A DNA stretch of 64,000 bases from Calditrichia bacterium (GCA_963796965.1 CAWCNS010000009.1:64001-128000), one strand, 5' to 3'. Counted from the stretch's first letter, positions 10,917 through 23,374 are shown. Program-made: numbers and translations. The notes: generated from the letters alone by a model not told the origin.

Positions 10917-13900
10917 TTAATTTTTTAATCTCTGAAAAAACGCTGCGGCATTGCGTCCTGCGTGAAAAAAATTTGTCCTTACAACCAAATCCGGATTCGG
11001 ATTTCGTATCCTGGCCAGATAGGATGTTCTTGGTTTAAAATTAAGTTCAGCTAGCATTTCATATTTACGATTATTTTGTTTCGCTTCAGACACTGCACTT
11101 TTCGGATCACTGATATTTCCAAAAGAAATCGCATCAGCAGGACAAGCCTGTTGGCAGGCACTCTGTACATCACCGTCTTCTATAGGTTCTGTTTTCATTC
11201 TTTGCTTTTATTTTAGCGGAATTGATTCGCTGCAACACAATAACTACATTTCTCCATCACCCCGCGGGAACGAACAGTCACATCCGGATTATGAGCCATC
11301 TTGACAACTTCAGGAAAATCATTACCATAATTAAAAAAGTTAAATCGTCGTACTTTATATGGACAGTTATTTGAACAATATCGGGTACCAACACAGCGAT
11401 TATAGGTCATCACATTCAGGCCTTCTTCATCATGAACTGTTGCCGCGACCGGACAAACCTGTTCACATGGTGCCATTTCGCAATGTTGACAGCCAACAGG
11501 CTGGTGTACCATTTCCGGATTATCCAGATCACCGGAAAAATAACGATCAATCCTGATCCAGTGCATTTCCCGGCCTTTTTTACCTGTTCTTTACCAATAA
11601 TCAGGAATATTATTTTCACTCTGACAGGCAATGGTACAAGCATTACAACCCGTACAGGCATTCAAATCAATACTCATGCCCCATTGATATCCTTCCTCAT
11701 AAGGAAATTCATCCCATAAGGAAACAAGGGGCGGATGCTCGACCATTTCTTCGGCAAATTCGGGATTGTTGACGGATATTCATCTAATGGTTGCCTCCCG
11801 TAACCAGAGGACGTCCTTCCATACTGCTATGATCCTGAGTGCTGGCCAGAGGATATGTGTCCCGAAGTTTTTCTGACCGTTAATCCGATATCATAATGAA
11901 TTCCGGTGAGATGTGTCCTTAACTGTATAGCCATTCGAATCCTACCTGGTCACCAATTCGCCCGGCCGCAACGCGCCCGTATCCCAAGGCGATTGAAACG
12001 CAAAAATCTGCCTGACCCGGTAAAATCCAGACCGGAATAGACATTTCCCTACCCTGCAAATTGAGGACAATCACATCTTCATTTTTAACACCCAGATTTT
12101 TAGCCGTCTTGTGACTTATCAACGCTGCATTATCCCAGGTCAATTTTGTAACGGTATCAGGAATTCCTGCAACCATCCATTATTGGCAAATCGACCATCG
12201 TAGACAGCGGGCGAAACATGAAAATTGATTTCCAGGTTTCTTTCATTTGGTATGACTTACGGATAAGGTGATTTTTATTCAGGGCTTCACTTAAGAGGCG
12301 ATTATTCAACCGGGGAGAAATTTGGGATAGTTGACTGTCAGCAAGAACCCCATCATGAAGGACTTGACGCCATACCTTATCATATTCTTTACCTTGCAAT
12401 ATATTTTTCCAGGTATCCCGGACAATGTCATAAGGTTTCTTTTCAGAACCGGAATCGATTAAAGTGAGCAATTCCAAACTTGAATGAGAATCATAGAGTG
12501 GTGCGATTAGAGGTTGTATAACACTGAGTGTACCATCGGACGATCTTGCATCACCCCAACTTTCCAAATAATGGGATTGTGGAATATGCCAGGATGAATG
12601 TTGTGATGTTTCATCCATATTAGTACTAAGATGGATGGAAGTTTCAACCTTCCTGAGTAACCGTGCAAAATCAAAATCAGCTGGGGCGTTGTACACGGGA
12701 TTCCCGCCAAGCATTAGCAACGTCTTGACCTTACCTGCTTCAATATTTTTATTTAAATCCTCAAAAGCCACAAGATCACTATCCTCAGCATCCCTAATTT
12801 CTCTATAGTGAACGGATTTTCCAATATTCTCCAATGCCTGATTAATAGCGAATATTACGGCGTGGATTATTGCAGGTTGCCGACTACCAGCAACCAGGAG
12901 AGAACTACTTTTATTGGCAATCAGATCTTTTGCCAGGGCAGATATCCAGCGTGAATCAACCTCAGCCGGGCTTTCTGATTTGAGCTGGCTGGCCACAGGC
13001 AAATTCAATCCTTGTTTTACCAGTTCTTTGGCAAGAAGAACCACAGCCCTGGTATTTGACCAGCAGACAACTTCAAGCGATGGTCAGCCATGGCACCCGT
13101 TGTGGAATAAGATGTTTCAACAACATATAAGCGGCTCATTGTATCCTGGGCCGCATCTACTTTTCGACCTTCGGCAAACCCTTTTGTATTTATAAGGGCT
13201 TCCGGTTCAGTAAAAGAAAATCTGAGTCCAGTGATAGTATAACTTTTGCCTTATCGAATTGATAATTTGGATGGTAGGAAATACCGGTCGCTTGAATTAA
13301 TCCCTTATAGATATTTTCCATGCTTACCGGTGCATAGCAAATCCAGGATGCTTTGGGGAATGTTTGCTCAAAATCCTTCTTTAATCGGGCTATACTGGGT
13401 GATGAATAGGAATCAGTAAGAACAGCTAATCCTTCCCCATCATTGCTTTTATATTCCTGATGGAACATCTTAAGTATGGCAACAATATCTGACCAGTTTT
13501 TAGTCTCACCGTTATTTACCGGTTGTTGAGATCTGTCAGCGTCATAAAGGGAAAGTACTGATGCTTGCATCCACGATGTGGACTTCCCTAAACTGGAAGG
13601 ATGAAGATTATTTCCTTCAATTTTTGTAGGACGACCTTCGTGACTTTCTACCACTACGCCATAGGCACTTGTTCCAAAGGGCATGGTAGTAGCATAATAG
13701 TTTGGAATTCCCGGAATAATTTGTTCTGGTGCTTTAACATAGGGCACTATTTTTTCAACAGGGCGGCGACAGGCTGACAAGCCAGCCAATGCAAGCGAGG
13801 CCCCCATCAGGGAGAGAAAATTTCGTCGTGATCAAAGGATTCTTCATTTCAGATGCACCCTCGGGAAATTCTCGTTCTAATATTTCCCTAAATTCCGGTG

Positions 13901-13965
13901 TATCAGCAAGTTGGTCCAGACTGCGCCAGTATTCTTTGCCACTTAATATTACTTAGTTCTTTCAT
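10917..13965 (-). CDS. actB: Alternative complex III subunit ActB, molybdopterin-oxidoreductase-like plus Fe-S domains (at least 5 frameshifts; true stop probably near 10978)
   Basis: Fragments: YWRSL...EREFP leader and Tat-like [80 protein letters not shown] overlaps the actA stop. Confidence 0.88.
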
Positions 13966-14611
13966 CTATGACACCCCGAACAATCAACAGGTGGATTTAT
14001 TTTCTTTTCTTCAATTGTTTGTCTGGCCAGGATCATATGATTTTCAGAAGGGGTCCACTTCATATTTGTGACCTGATCTACTGGCCGTATATGCTCTTCC
14101 GGATTGCGGTGACAGTCCAGGCACCATCCCATACTCAAAGGTTCAACCTGAATAACCTTTTCCATCTCATTCACATTGCCATGACAACTCACACAACCCA
14201 CACCAGCATTAACATGAGCACTGTGATTGAAATAGGCATAATCAGGCAGGTCATGCACCCGGACCCATTCAATTGGTTTGCCAGTTGTCCAGCTTTCCTG
14301 GACTAACTTCATTTTCTCACTATCGGTCTTTATAAGTGTATGACAATTCATACATGTTTGGGTTGGCGGGATTGTAGCAGACGCAGAAACTTCTACACCA
14401 ATATGACAATATCGGCAATCAAGACCTAAGATCTCCAGCATGAAGTTTATGACTGTAGGGAACCGGTTGTTCGGGCTGATATCCCACATCTGTATATTTC
14501 GGTGATCCGAAATACCAGAAAAAGCCAACACCTCCAACCATCATCACGATCACACCGACTAAGAGAAATGGTGGATACTTTATTTGACCACTCCGGAAAA
14601 ATTTGAGCCAC
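13962..14611 (-). CDS. actA: Alternative complex III pentaheme cytochrome c ActA (frameshifted in the 5' part)
   Basis: Five CxxCH motifs (CRYCH, CMNCH, CVSCH, CLDCH, CSGCH). Inferred GTG start giving MAQIFPEWSNK; QPVPYSHKLHAG lies in an alternative frame. Confidence 0.9.
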
Positions 14612-15022
14612 AGATTATTACCTCGTCATGTAATAGTAATATGTTACAGACATATATATAGAAATTTATGGAGAACAACAGGTTTGAAAAATTTTAAAAT
14701 TAAGCAAATTTTCGTGCTCATATCTGCTCAATATACAAAAAAAAAATAATTAATAAAACACCGGTATTGAGATCTATAGGACAATCTACCTTTTAAAATA
14801 CTTTTACCATGAAGATTTTATTAAACACACAAACTTCTGCGACAAACTACATCACAATAATAAATAAATGAGAAAAGGTAATCCAGATTAGGCTAATGAT
14901 CTTTTGTTATATTGAAACGAGATATGCCAGAGAAATCTTATATGGAACGGTTCTGCTAATCATCTTAAACAATAAGCCCCAGCAAATCTGCAATTTTCAA
15001 TCTTCAATATTAATTCTTAAAA

Positions 15023-15922
15023 TCAAACCAAGATCCAGCGATTAAAAACACTCTCAATTATCAAAGCAAAAAAGAGTGCGAATAGATAAAGTATGGAATA
15101 ACCAAATAAACCCCTGAATTGCTTTTCCGTCTTTTCACGCCTGGCCAGAAGTGATTTTTTCAAAAATAAACCACCTGTTATAATCGCGACAGCCAGATAA
15201 AACCATCCGGCATGTACCCAGTAGAGAGAAAGTGTTACGAGTACGAGAGCAGAAGCATAGATAAGGATCTGTTTCATTGTATGATCAATACCCCGAATAA
15301 CAGGCAGCATCGGCAATCCGCTCTTTTTATAATCATCGGTTCTGAAGGCAGCAAGCGCCCAAAAATGAGGCGGTGTCCATAAGAAGACAATCAAAAATAA
15401 TATCCAGGGAGCAAGAGCAAATTCACCTGTAGCAGCGGTCCATGCACCTACCGGCGCCATGGCTCCTGCAATACCTCCGATGACAATATTTTGTGTTGAA
15501 TTTGGCTTAAGATACAGCGTATAGAAAAGACTGTAAAACAGAATGGTTGCTAATGAAAGTGCAGCGGTTAGCCAGTTAAAAACGAGACCGAATATTAGAA
15601 CACCAATTATTCCAATGGAGATTGAAAAAACCAGAGCGCGTTTTTCCGATATTTGTTTTTGTGGGAGGGGACGTCTTTGTCGCGTACGCTCCATAACCGC
15701 ATCGATATCTCTTTCGAAATATTGATTAAAGGCGTTGGCCGATCCACCGGTGAGATAAAGTGCAAAAATGACAAGAAAGAATTTTAGCGGCTCCCCCACC
15801 AAACTACCTTCCATAAACAACGCCGTCATACCGGTTATAACAACAAGCAGCATGATAGATGGTTTGGTAAGCTGGATGTAATATCCAATGCTTTTTCTAA
15901 TAGAAAATTCTTCAGTTTTCAT
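15023..15922 (-). CDS. ctaB: Protoheme IX farnesyltransferase (heme O synthase)
   Basis: LTKP, NQYFERDIDAVMERTRQRRPLP, WTPPHFWAL and DY..GLPMLP motifs. Confidence 0.95.
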   Translation of the reverse strand: MKTEEFSIRKSIGYYIQLTKPSIMLLVVITGMTALFMEGSLVGEPLKFFLVIFALYLTGGSANAFNQYFERDIDAVMERTRQRRPLPQKQISEKRALVFSISIGIIGVLIFGLVFNWLTAALSLATILFYSLFYTLYLKPNSTQNIVIGGIAGAMAPVGAWTAATGEFALAPWILFLIVFLWTPPHFWALAAFRTDDYKKSGLPMLPVIRGIDHTMKQILIYASALVLVTLSLYWVHAGWFYLAVAIITGGLFLKKSLLARREKTEKQFRGLFGYSILYLFALFFALIIESVFNRWILV

Positions 15923-16236
15923 TTCTGATATCTCTTATTGGCTACAATTTTAAACTTTAATGGATTAATATAGATTTTATACACAACAACAAACTTTCTT
16001 AAATCATTATAATCATTCATTTTATGGTAAGATTAGTGTAATAACAACATGTTTTGGGAGGGGAATATTCCCGGTTTGGAGGGATTTGTTAATAATTTTT
16101 GTATAGATGATTATGTTGGGATACGGGATAGGCGATATGCGATTTGGGATATGGGATTGGATGTTCGGTGAACATTGAATATTCCATGTTGAATATTCAA
16201 TTTCCCCTCCACGCTCTACTCTCTTCGCTCTACAGT

Positions 16237-16989
16237 CTACCACCCCAACTTCTGCCGTAATGCCTTTCCGGCCGAACGGCTGATATTTAATTCGGTTTTG
16301 TTTTTATCCCGCACTTTCATGATATATCCACCAGCAAACCACGCCTCAATTGTCAAAACATAGTTCAGATTTACTATTGTAGAACGGTGAATGCGAAAAA
16401 ACTTTTCCGGATCCAGCCGCGCTTGCAATTCATCAAGCTTATAGTTAACCAAATATTTAGAATCCTCAAGGTGGGCAAAAAGTAATTTATTCTCAGCATT
16501 AAAATAGATGATTTGATCATCATTTAGAATATAGATCTTATCACCAATCTTTGATGGAATTCTGCGCAGATGATCCTGCTGTGGGGCCCATTTTGAAAGC
16601 AAGTCTTTTATACTTTTATCTGCTGATACGTTTGATTCTATTCTTTTTCTGGCTCTGCTCACTGCCAACTCCAAACGTTCCCGAGAAAATGGTTTAAGGA
16701 GATAATCGATAGCCTGTAATTCAAAAGCTTGGATCGCATATTGGTTATAGGCCGTCGTAAATATTACCATTGGTTTATGGTCAATCATATGAAATAAATC
16801 TATACCGGAAATGTCGACGAGATGAATATCTAGAAAAATAAGATCCGGTCGCATTTCATCAATCATATCTGCGGCAGCCTTACCTGAGCCCGTAAGACCT
16901 ATAACCTCCAGGTCAGGTATTTTTTCTACAAAACCACTCAGCCTATCCAATGCAGGCTTTTCATCTTCAACGATAATAACCCGTATCAT
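16237..16989 (-). CDS. LytR/AlgR family response regulator
   Basis: Receiver domain (FLDI, FTTAY, DYLLKP) plus LytTR domain (FFRIHRS). Confidence 0.93.
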   Translation of the reverse strand: MIRVIIVEDEKPALDRLSGFVEKIPDLEVIGLTGSGKAAADMIDEMRPDLIFLDIHLVDISGIDLFHMIDHKPMVIFTTAYNQYAIQAFELQAIDYLLKPFSRERLELAVSRARKRIESNVSADKSIKDLLSKWAPQQDHLRRIPSKIGDKIYILNDDQIIYFNAENKLLFAHLEDSKYLVNYKLDELQARLDPEKFFRIHRSTIVNLNYVLTIEAWFAGGYIMKVRDKNKTELNISRSAGKALRQKLGW

Positions 16990-18122
16990 ATCAATTCCCT
17001 CGGAATATCAATAATTATTTCGGTGCCTTTATTAAATATAGATTTAATCTGCAACAAATCATTTCTTTTGTATACCAGTTTTAAACGGTCAACAACATTG
17101 GCTAAAGCATGGCCTTTAACGGGTAAGATTTTTAACCTTTGGGGCGTAATACCTGTACCGTCATCTTTTATCTCAATGCGGATTACCTGCTGATATTCAA
17201 ATATTTTAATTGACAGTGTTAACGGTTGCCCTTCACTGCGCCAACCATGTCGCATTACATTTTCAATGGCCGGTTGTAATAACAATACCGGAATCTCCAG
17301 GTCCATGTTCTTTAGGGAGATATCCCAATTAATAATAAGTCTGTCCTCAAATCGTGCTTTCATCAGACTGGTATATTTTTTTAGAAAATTTATTTCCGAT
17401 TCAAGATTAACCATTTCCAGATTGGTACTGTCAAAAAGATAGCGCAATGTATCACTCAATTTAAGCAATAATTTCTCTGCTTTCTCCGGATCCGACTTCA
17501 TCTGAGAGGCGATGGTGTTAAGAGAATTAAAAATAAAATGCGGTTCTATCTGTGCTTTTAAAGCGGTCAACTCCGCCCTATCCACGGCCTGTTGCTGACG
17601 GGTGTACTGCCAGCGAATTTCCACATAACTGCCCAGGAGACTTACCAATCCAATTAATATTATAATGGCGAAAAAGGGAATTAAAAGGGTTCGGAATTCT
17701 TCTCTCAGAAATTCATCAGCAAATTGCAGATCCAGGGGAGAAGAGATGAAAGTTACAAAGCTTGACCAAAACCTCTCACTTATAATTTGGGTAAAAGAAA
17801 TGTCAGGTTTCAGAATAATGGACTGGAATAATATTCCAGCCATATAGACCGCTGAAACAGAGATTGTGTAAATAAAAGTTCGTAAAATCCATTGCTGAAA
17901 AGGATTAAAAACCGGTAATTTTGAGACAACAACTTTTTGCATAAAAAATAAAACAAGAACAAGGGTTGAGGCATAAAAAAAACCTATCGATAATGCCTGG
18001 TTAGTGGACTCAGTGTGGGCCAAAAAAACAAATGACAAAAAACCGCCAAGGATCGCAATGGCGCCCGCCAGGTACAACATTCTGCTAAACTTCTTTGAGG
18101 TTATGTGTTTTTCCATTTGCAT
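16986..18122 (-). CDS. LytS/YehU-like sensor histidine kinase
   Basis: TM region, LKAQIEPHFIFNSLN, QPAIEN and DDGTG motifs. Confidence 0.9.
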   Translation of the reverse strand: MQMEKHITSKKFSRMLYLAGAIAILGGFLSFVFLAHTESTNQALSIGFFYASTLVLVLFFMQKVVVSKLPVFNPFQQWILRTFIYTISVSAVYMAGILFQSIILKPDISFTQIISERFWSSFVTFISSPLDLQFADEFLREEFRTLLIPFFAIIILIGLVSLLGSYVEIRWQYTRQQQAVDRAELTALKAQIEPHFIFNSLNTIASQMKSDPEKAEKLLLKLSDTLRYLFDSTNLEMVNLESEINFLKKYTSLMKARFEDRLIINWDISLKNMDLEIPVLLLQPAIENVMRHGWRSEGQPLTLSIKIFEYQQVIRIEIKDDGTGITPQRLKILPVKGHALANVVDRLKLVYKRNDLLQIKSIFNKGTEIIIDIPRELI

Positions 18123-18238
18123 ATATAAAGAATTTAAACCTGATTGATTCAGAAATCTAATTTGAATTGAACATCCATACCTACCTCCCCCAATAATCCC
18201 CCTCCTTAGTAAGGAGGGGGACTGGGGTAGTGGTATTT

Positions 18239-19367
18239 CTAAATCGAATCCTTTTCGGATTTTGGTCCCTGTTTTAATGCCCAGATATATGATCCAAGGC
18301 TTCCCATACCAAAACTGATGATGATCAAACTAAATAACCAACCAATAAATGGAATCTCAGTAATAAAGGTAACTACAATTACCCCGATCAGGACAGATAA
18401 AAATAAATTATTTTTCTCTTTCTCTTTCTTAAAGGCGGAGATAATATAGTTCCCCACAAATAATGCTGAAAATGCTGTACTGAGATAAAGCATTATCAGA
18501 AAGAGGGATAGAAGGATGAGACTTACAGGAAGTGTAAGGATTAACACAGCTAAAATGACAATGACGATGGGTGTTGCGATCAGCCCAAGAAATCCATAGC
18601 CAATGTTTTTACCAATTTGATTACCTGCAAAGGTGATATAATCTCTGGAGAAATTTTTAAAAAGGGCAATGATCAAAATCCCCACAATAAGCAGTGAAAG
18701 AAGATACCAGAAAAAGAAAACTTCTTCAAAAAACATCTCATGCCTTTTTACCTTGACCTCCAGGTCTTCAGGAACATTTTCTAACTCATATTCAGAGAGA
18801 TCTTTATGGAGGGTTAATACAGTACCTCCTTTAGCCAGATAATCCTCTCCAAAAGAGATATCTCCTGCTTCTAACGCGACACGACCTTTAACCCTACCAT
18901 TAAGATGTACTTTTCCGGCACCTCCCCGTATGAATCCACCAATGCTACCCCCTTCCAGGAGAAGTTCACCCGCACCAACATAAACATTACCCTTAATTTT
19001 TGCTCTCTGGTGTAATTCTTAACATCTTACCAAAACCAAGCACATCACCACCCACCTCGCCATCAATCAATATGGTTTCAGCAAACCCGATTACCATATC
19101 ATCAACATTTCCCCTAATTTCAAGATTCCGGCATCCTGCTATTACATCATCAAGAACCTTGCCCTCTACAGTTACCTGTTCACAACCGACAAAGATATCC
19201 CCCTCTACAACACCGCGAATATTTACATATCGTGATCCTGCAAACAGATCAGTAAAAAGAGAATCATCTTCCCGAATGGTGATGGTCTCACCCGAACGGT
19301 ATTGTGCCGCCCCGGCGATGCTGGCCAGAAACAAAATGATGGTTAAAAAAATAATAGGTTTATACAT
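18239..19367 (-). CDS. Secreted/membrane protein with beta-helical (bactofilin-like) G-x-V-x-G-D repeats and a C-terminal TM bundle (frameshifted)
   Basis: Signal peptide MYKPIIFL after a GGAGG RBS, repeated GVVEGD/GKVLDD/GEVGGD units, C-terminal IPFIGWL TM domain in ORF 18239-18736. Confidence 0.65.
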
Positions 19368-19444
19368 AATTCCTCCTGTTTTTATGACTTTACTTAGTGA
19401 CTGCCATAAATATACGCTAGTATAAGAGGAGACCAAGGGAAGTG

Positions 19445-19496
19445 TGACCAACGGTTAAAATACTAGTCTGAGTTGCACATCATAAGGTATAAATGG
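19445..19496 (-). promoter_or_regulatory. Putative LytTR-binding direct repeats
   Basis: Three 10-mers at exact 21-bp spacing on the minus strand (CCATTTATAC, CAACTCAGAC, CCGTTGGTCA), upstream of the gene that precedes the LytS/LytTR pair. Confidence 0.45.
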
Positions 19497-19683
19497 TAGG
19501 TAAAATATTTGATTTAATGTTAGATCTTTTATCCCGCCTATTTTTATTGAATTTAAAATGGATATTGTTTACTATTGTTGGATTGTATATAAGGTTTATT
19601 GATGATATCGTCTAAAAAGTATTCCAGTTGGATCAAAAGAGAAATAAATCACGATCGTGAACTAAAACTATTCAGGAAAAAAC

Positions 19684-21535
19684 ATGAAAACTCTTAACGA
19701 AAGACTTGACGCCCTTGAGATTCTGTTTGATCAAATAATTGACCGTCTCCAAAGTTTTGAGAAAAAATATACCGCCGAATTATCAGATGTAAATCCTATT
19801 TATAAAAAGAGTGCACTCAATTTAGTTCATTATCTGGCATTTCGAAGCTTCGATATTTCTTCCTTGCAGGATGAGTTAAGAGACTTAAGCCTGCCCAGTT
19901 TATCCAGTATTGAATCGCATGTGATGAAAAGTATATTATCCATCAAAAATATTATTTCTAATCTTAACGGTAAATCCGGCCATGTAAAACGGAAAGGGAT
20001 CATCTCTGTAAAAAAGAGTAAAAAAATCCTTAACAGAAACACCAAATATTTGTTCGGTTATAAATCAAAAAAAAGACGAACACGTATTATGGTTACACTT
20101 CCCAATACGGCGGCCGATGATTACCATTTTGTTCACAATCTTATCAAACTGGGTATGAATAGTGCCAGAATTAATTGTGCTCACGATAACCCAGAGGTAT
20201 GGCAAAAAATGATTGCCAATATCAGAGAAGCGAACAAAAATCTGAAAAAAAACTGCAAAATAATGATGGATCTGGGCGGACCGAAAATCAGAACAGGGCA
20301 GATGATTCCCGGTCCGGAGGTTATTCATATTAAACCAAAACGGGATGAGTATGGCAAAGTGACTGCTCCCGCTAAAGTATGGATCGCGCCACCGGATATT
20401 TTACCCCCTGATGATTCTGCAGATGCCATTCTTCCTGTTGATGAAATTTGGTTTAAAAAGATAAAATCTGGAAATACAATATCCTTCACCGATACTAGAT
20501 CGAAAAAGGGAACTATTTTAATTGAACGGAAACGGAGTGGCGGCAGATGGGGATTCTGTAGCGATTCTGTTTATATTAGCACGGGAACCGAACTTACATT
20601 ACATAAACAGAAAGACGGAAAAGAAAAGATAAGGGTTGGAGAATTATTACCTATAGAAAATTATATTTTACTAAAAACAGGGGATAAATTACTCTTAACA
20701 AAAGATCGATCTGCCGGTGAGTCAGCAAAATATGATGAATCAGGTAAACTGCTCAGCCCTGCTCATATCTCTTGTACTTTACCTGAAATTTTTTCTGATG
20801 TCAAAACCGGCGAACCGATATTCTTTGACGATGGTAAAATTGAAGGTACAATTGAGAATGTGAATGATGATCAGCTGGTAGTTAATATTACCTATGCCAA
20901 AGACCTCGGCAGCAAATTAAAAGCCGATAAAGGAATTAATTTACCCTCCAGTGACTTAAAAATCAGCGGATTAACTGAAAAAGACAAACAAGATTTAGAA
21001 TTTGTGAAACAATATGCCGATGCTGTTAATTTTTCATTTGTGAATGATGTTGATGATGTTGAGCAGCTTCATCAGGAAATAGTAAAAAGTAATTCAAATA
21101 TTGGCATTATTCTCAAGATAGAAACGCAAAAAGGATTCAAAAATTTACCCAGAATATTATTAAAAGCGATGAGGATGTATCCCGTTGGTGTTATGATCGC
21201 CCGTGGTGATTTCACTATTGAAACCGGATGGAAAAATTTTGCCTAGTATTCAGGAAGAAATCTTGCGAATTTGTGAAGCTTCTCATATTCCAGATGTTTG
21301 GGCTACCCAAGTATTGGAAACTCTGGCAAAAAAAGGTGTGCCAACAAGAGCAGAGATAACAGATTCAGCCATGGCTCAACGTGCAGAATGTGTCATGTTG
21401 AATAAGGGATATTATATTACGAAAGCTGTAAAAATGCTTGATAAAATTTTACGCAGAATGCAGCACTTTCAGAAGAAGAAAGAAACAGTTCTGCCAAAAC
21501 TTGAGGGAGCTGAGGAATTACAGACTTTCTCATGA
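19684..21535 (+). CDS. pyk: Pyruvate kinase, long form (frameshift near 21240)
   Basis: [54 protein letters not shown] and ECVMLNKG motifs. Confidence 0.88.
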
Positions 21536-21585
21536 TTTATATAATATTTAACTGATAGTGATCAGCAGTTTACTTTTTGGCTTTT

Positions 21586-21807
21586 TTAGTGGTTAGTTCT
21601 GATAGACGCATTGTTGAGTACCGGTTCATCGAGGAAGTAGGTTTTGTGTTGTTCCCGCATATTATATTGAACAATCAGGGTCTGCCGATTGGAGAGATTA
21701 AAGGAGACAATGATTATACAATTTTCAAAACTTTTGTTGCTGTTTAATACATTATGATTATCTATCATCTTTTCAGCAACTTCTCGTGTGATTTCATGCG
21801 CCATCAT
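21586..21807 (-). CDS. Small hypothetical protein
   Basis: ORF with a GGAGGGG RBS and an upstream sigma54-type promoter. Confidence 0.5.
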   Translation of the reverse strand: MMAHEITREVAEKMIDNHNVLNSNKSFENCIIIVSFNLSNRQTLIVQYNMREQHKTYFLDEPVLNNASIRTNH

Positions 21808-21947
21808 GCCCCTCCCAAAACTTCTCTTACTCTTAATACACCTGTGCAACAAAAAAGTTTATCTAAATGAAGATAATCTCCACTTTATTAAATCAGAGTC
21901 AAGTTTCCTGAGTGTAACCTAATTACAATTAACAATAGATAATAGGC

Positions 21948-21962
21948 GCAATTACTATGCCA
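21948..21962 (-). promoter_or_regulatory. Sigma54 -24/-12 promoter
   Basis: Minus strand TGGCATAGTAATTGC has the exact GG-N10-GC spacing. Confidence 0.6.
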
Positions 21963-22095
21963 TAGAATTCGGCCCATAAAACGGGGTTTTCATAGGGATT
22001 GGTAAAGGATTATTATTAATTATGTCTACTTTGTGAGCAGCTTAGTGGAAACTATGTTTACAGAAGAGTCGTTATAAAATTAAAAACCCAACAAC

Positions 22096-23374
22096 TTATT
22101 TTTTGCGATGTGATCTCTTTTTAGCAGATTTTTTGTCCTTTTTCTTCTTTTCTTTACTCTTCTTTTTCGGGCGCAAATCATCTGCTTCAATTAAAGCAGC
22201 CAGACCAGTCCCGACCATACCAGGATCGATGGTTAAAGAATATTCTTTTTTGGTTATTTTTAAGACCTCCACTGGCTTGTGCAAGAATTCCTGGATCTCC
22301 TCTAAGCGTGGTTTCTCTTCGCTACTGCAAAATGAAAGCGCTACACCAAGACGCACGCCGCGACCTGTGCGACCTACCCGGTGTACATAATTTTCTGTCT
22401 TCTCCGGCAGGTCGTAATTAATCACATAGTCCACATCCGGTATATCAATTCCCCGGGCCGTTACATCAGTGGCCACCAGCAGTCGCGACTGCCCTGCCTT
22501 AAACTGTCTCATCACATCACTGCGATCAGACTGATCTTTATCGCCATGGATAGCCAGAGCGGGAATATTTACCCTTGCCATTGCCTTGACCACCCTCTCA
22601 GCCCGAACCCGGGTACGTACAAATACGATAACTTTACTATCCGGATTGTCATTTAAAAACCGCTCCAGGAAAAAACGTTTATCATCCATTTCCACGAACA
22701 TTACATAATGACTGACGTTTTTTGAGACCGGATCCTCCGGTGAAATCTGAATACGAATCAGCTGAACTCTTTACCTGAGAGAAAGCTAACTTTTTTATTT
22801 CACGATTGATCGTGGCCGAAAAAAAGAGGGTTTGGTGTCTTTTGGTCAGTTTACGTTTGACTGCTTTGATATCATCAATAAATCCCAGATCCAGCATATG
22901 ATCAGCCTCATCAAGTACTAATGTGACAACCTGGTCAAGGCTGATATAACCCTGGCTGATCAGATCAAACATCCGTCCCGGGGTAGCTATCAGCACATCG
23001 ATACCATCTTCCAGTTTTTTTATTTGGGGATCCTGCTCCACACCACCATGCAGAGCAAAAGTTTTTACCCGGGTATGCTTGGAAAGGTAACCAAAAACGT
23101 CGCCAATCTGCGCGGCTAACTCACGCGTGGGCACCATAACCAGGCATTTGATACCTTTTGCACGCCGGCTTTTTTTTGAACGATGGATCTGGTCTACAAT
23201 GGGTATGGCAAAAGCAGCTGTTTTACCCGTACCCGTTTGGGCAATAGCCAATACATCTTCTCCCTTAATAATGGAGGGAATAGATTTGAACTGAATATCG
23301 GTTGGCCGGCGGAAACCAAGTTCTGCCAGATTATTTTTAATTTCTTCAGAGATGTTGTATTGCTCAAATTTCAT
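22096..23374 (-). CDS. DEAD-box RNA helicase, RhlE-like (frameshift near 22760)
   Basis: AQTGTGKT, PTRELA, DEAD, SAT, ARGID and HRVGRTGR motifs; basic C-terminal tail. Confidence 0.93.

Noticed and set aside
14942..14957. Sigma54 promoter TGGAACGGTTCTGC near the act operon
   Set aside because: The GG-GC spacing is 9 rather than 10, and it points away from actA.
16022..16243. 73-aa ORF downstream of the LytTR regulator
   Set aside because: It is the translation of a heptamer repeat tract and is unlikely to be a real gene.
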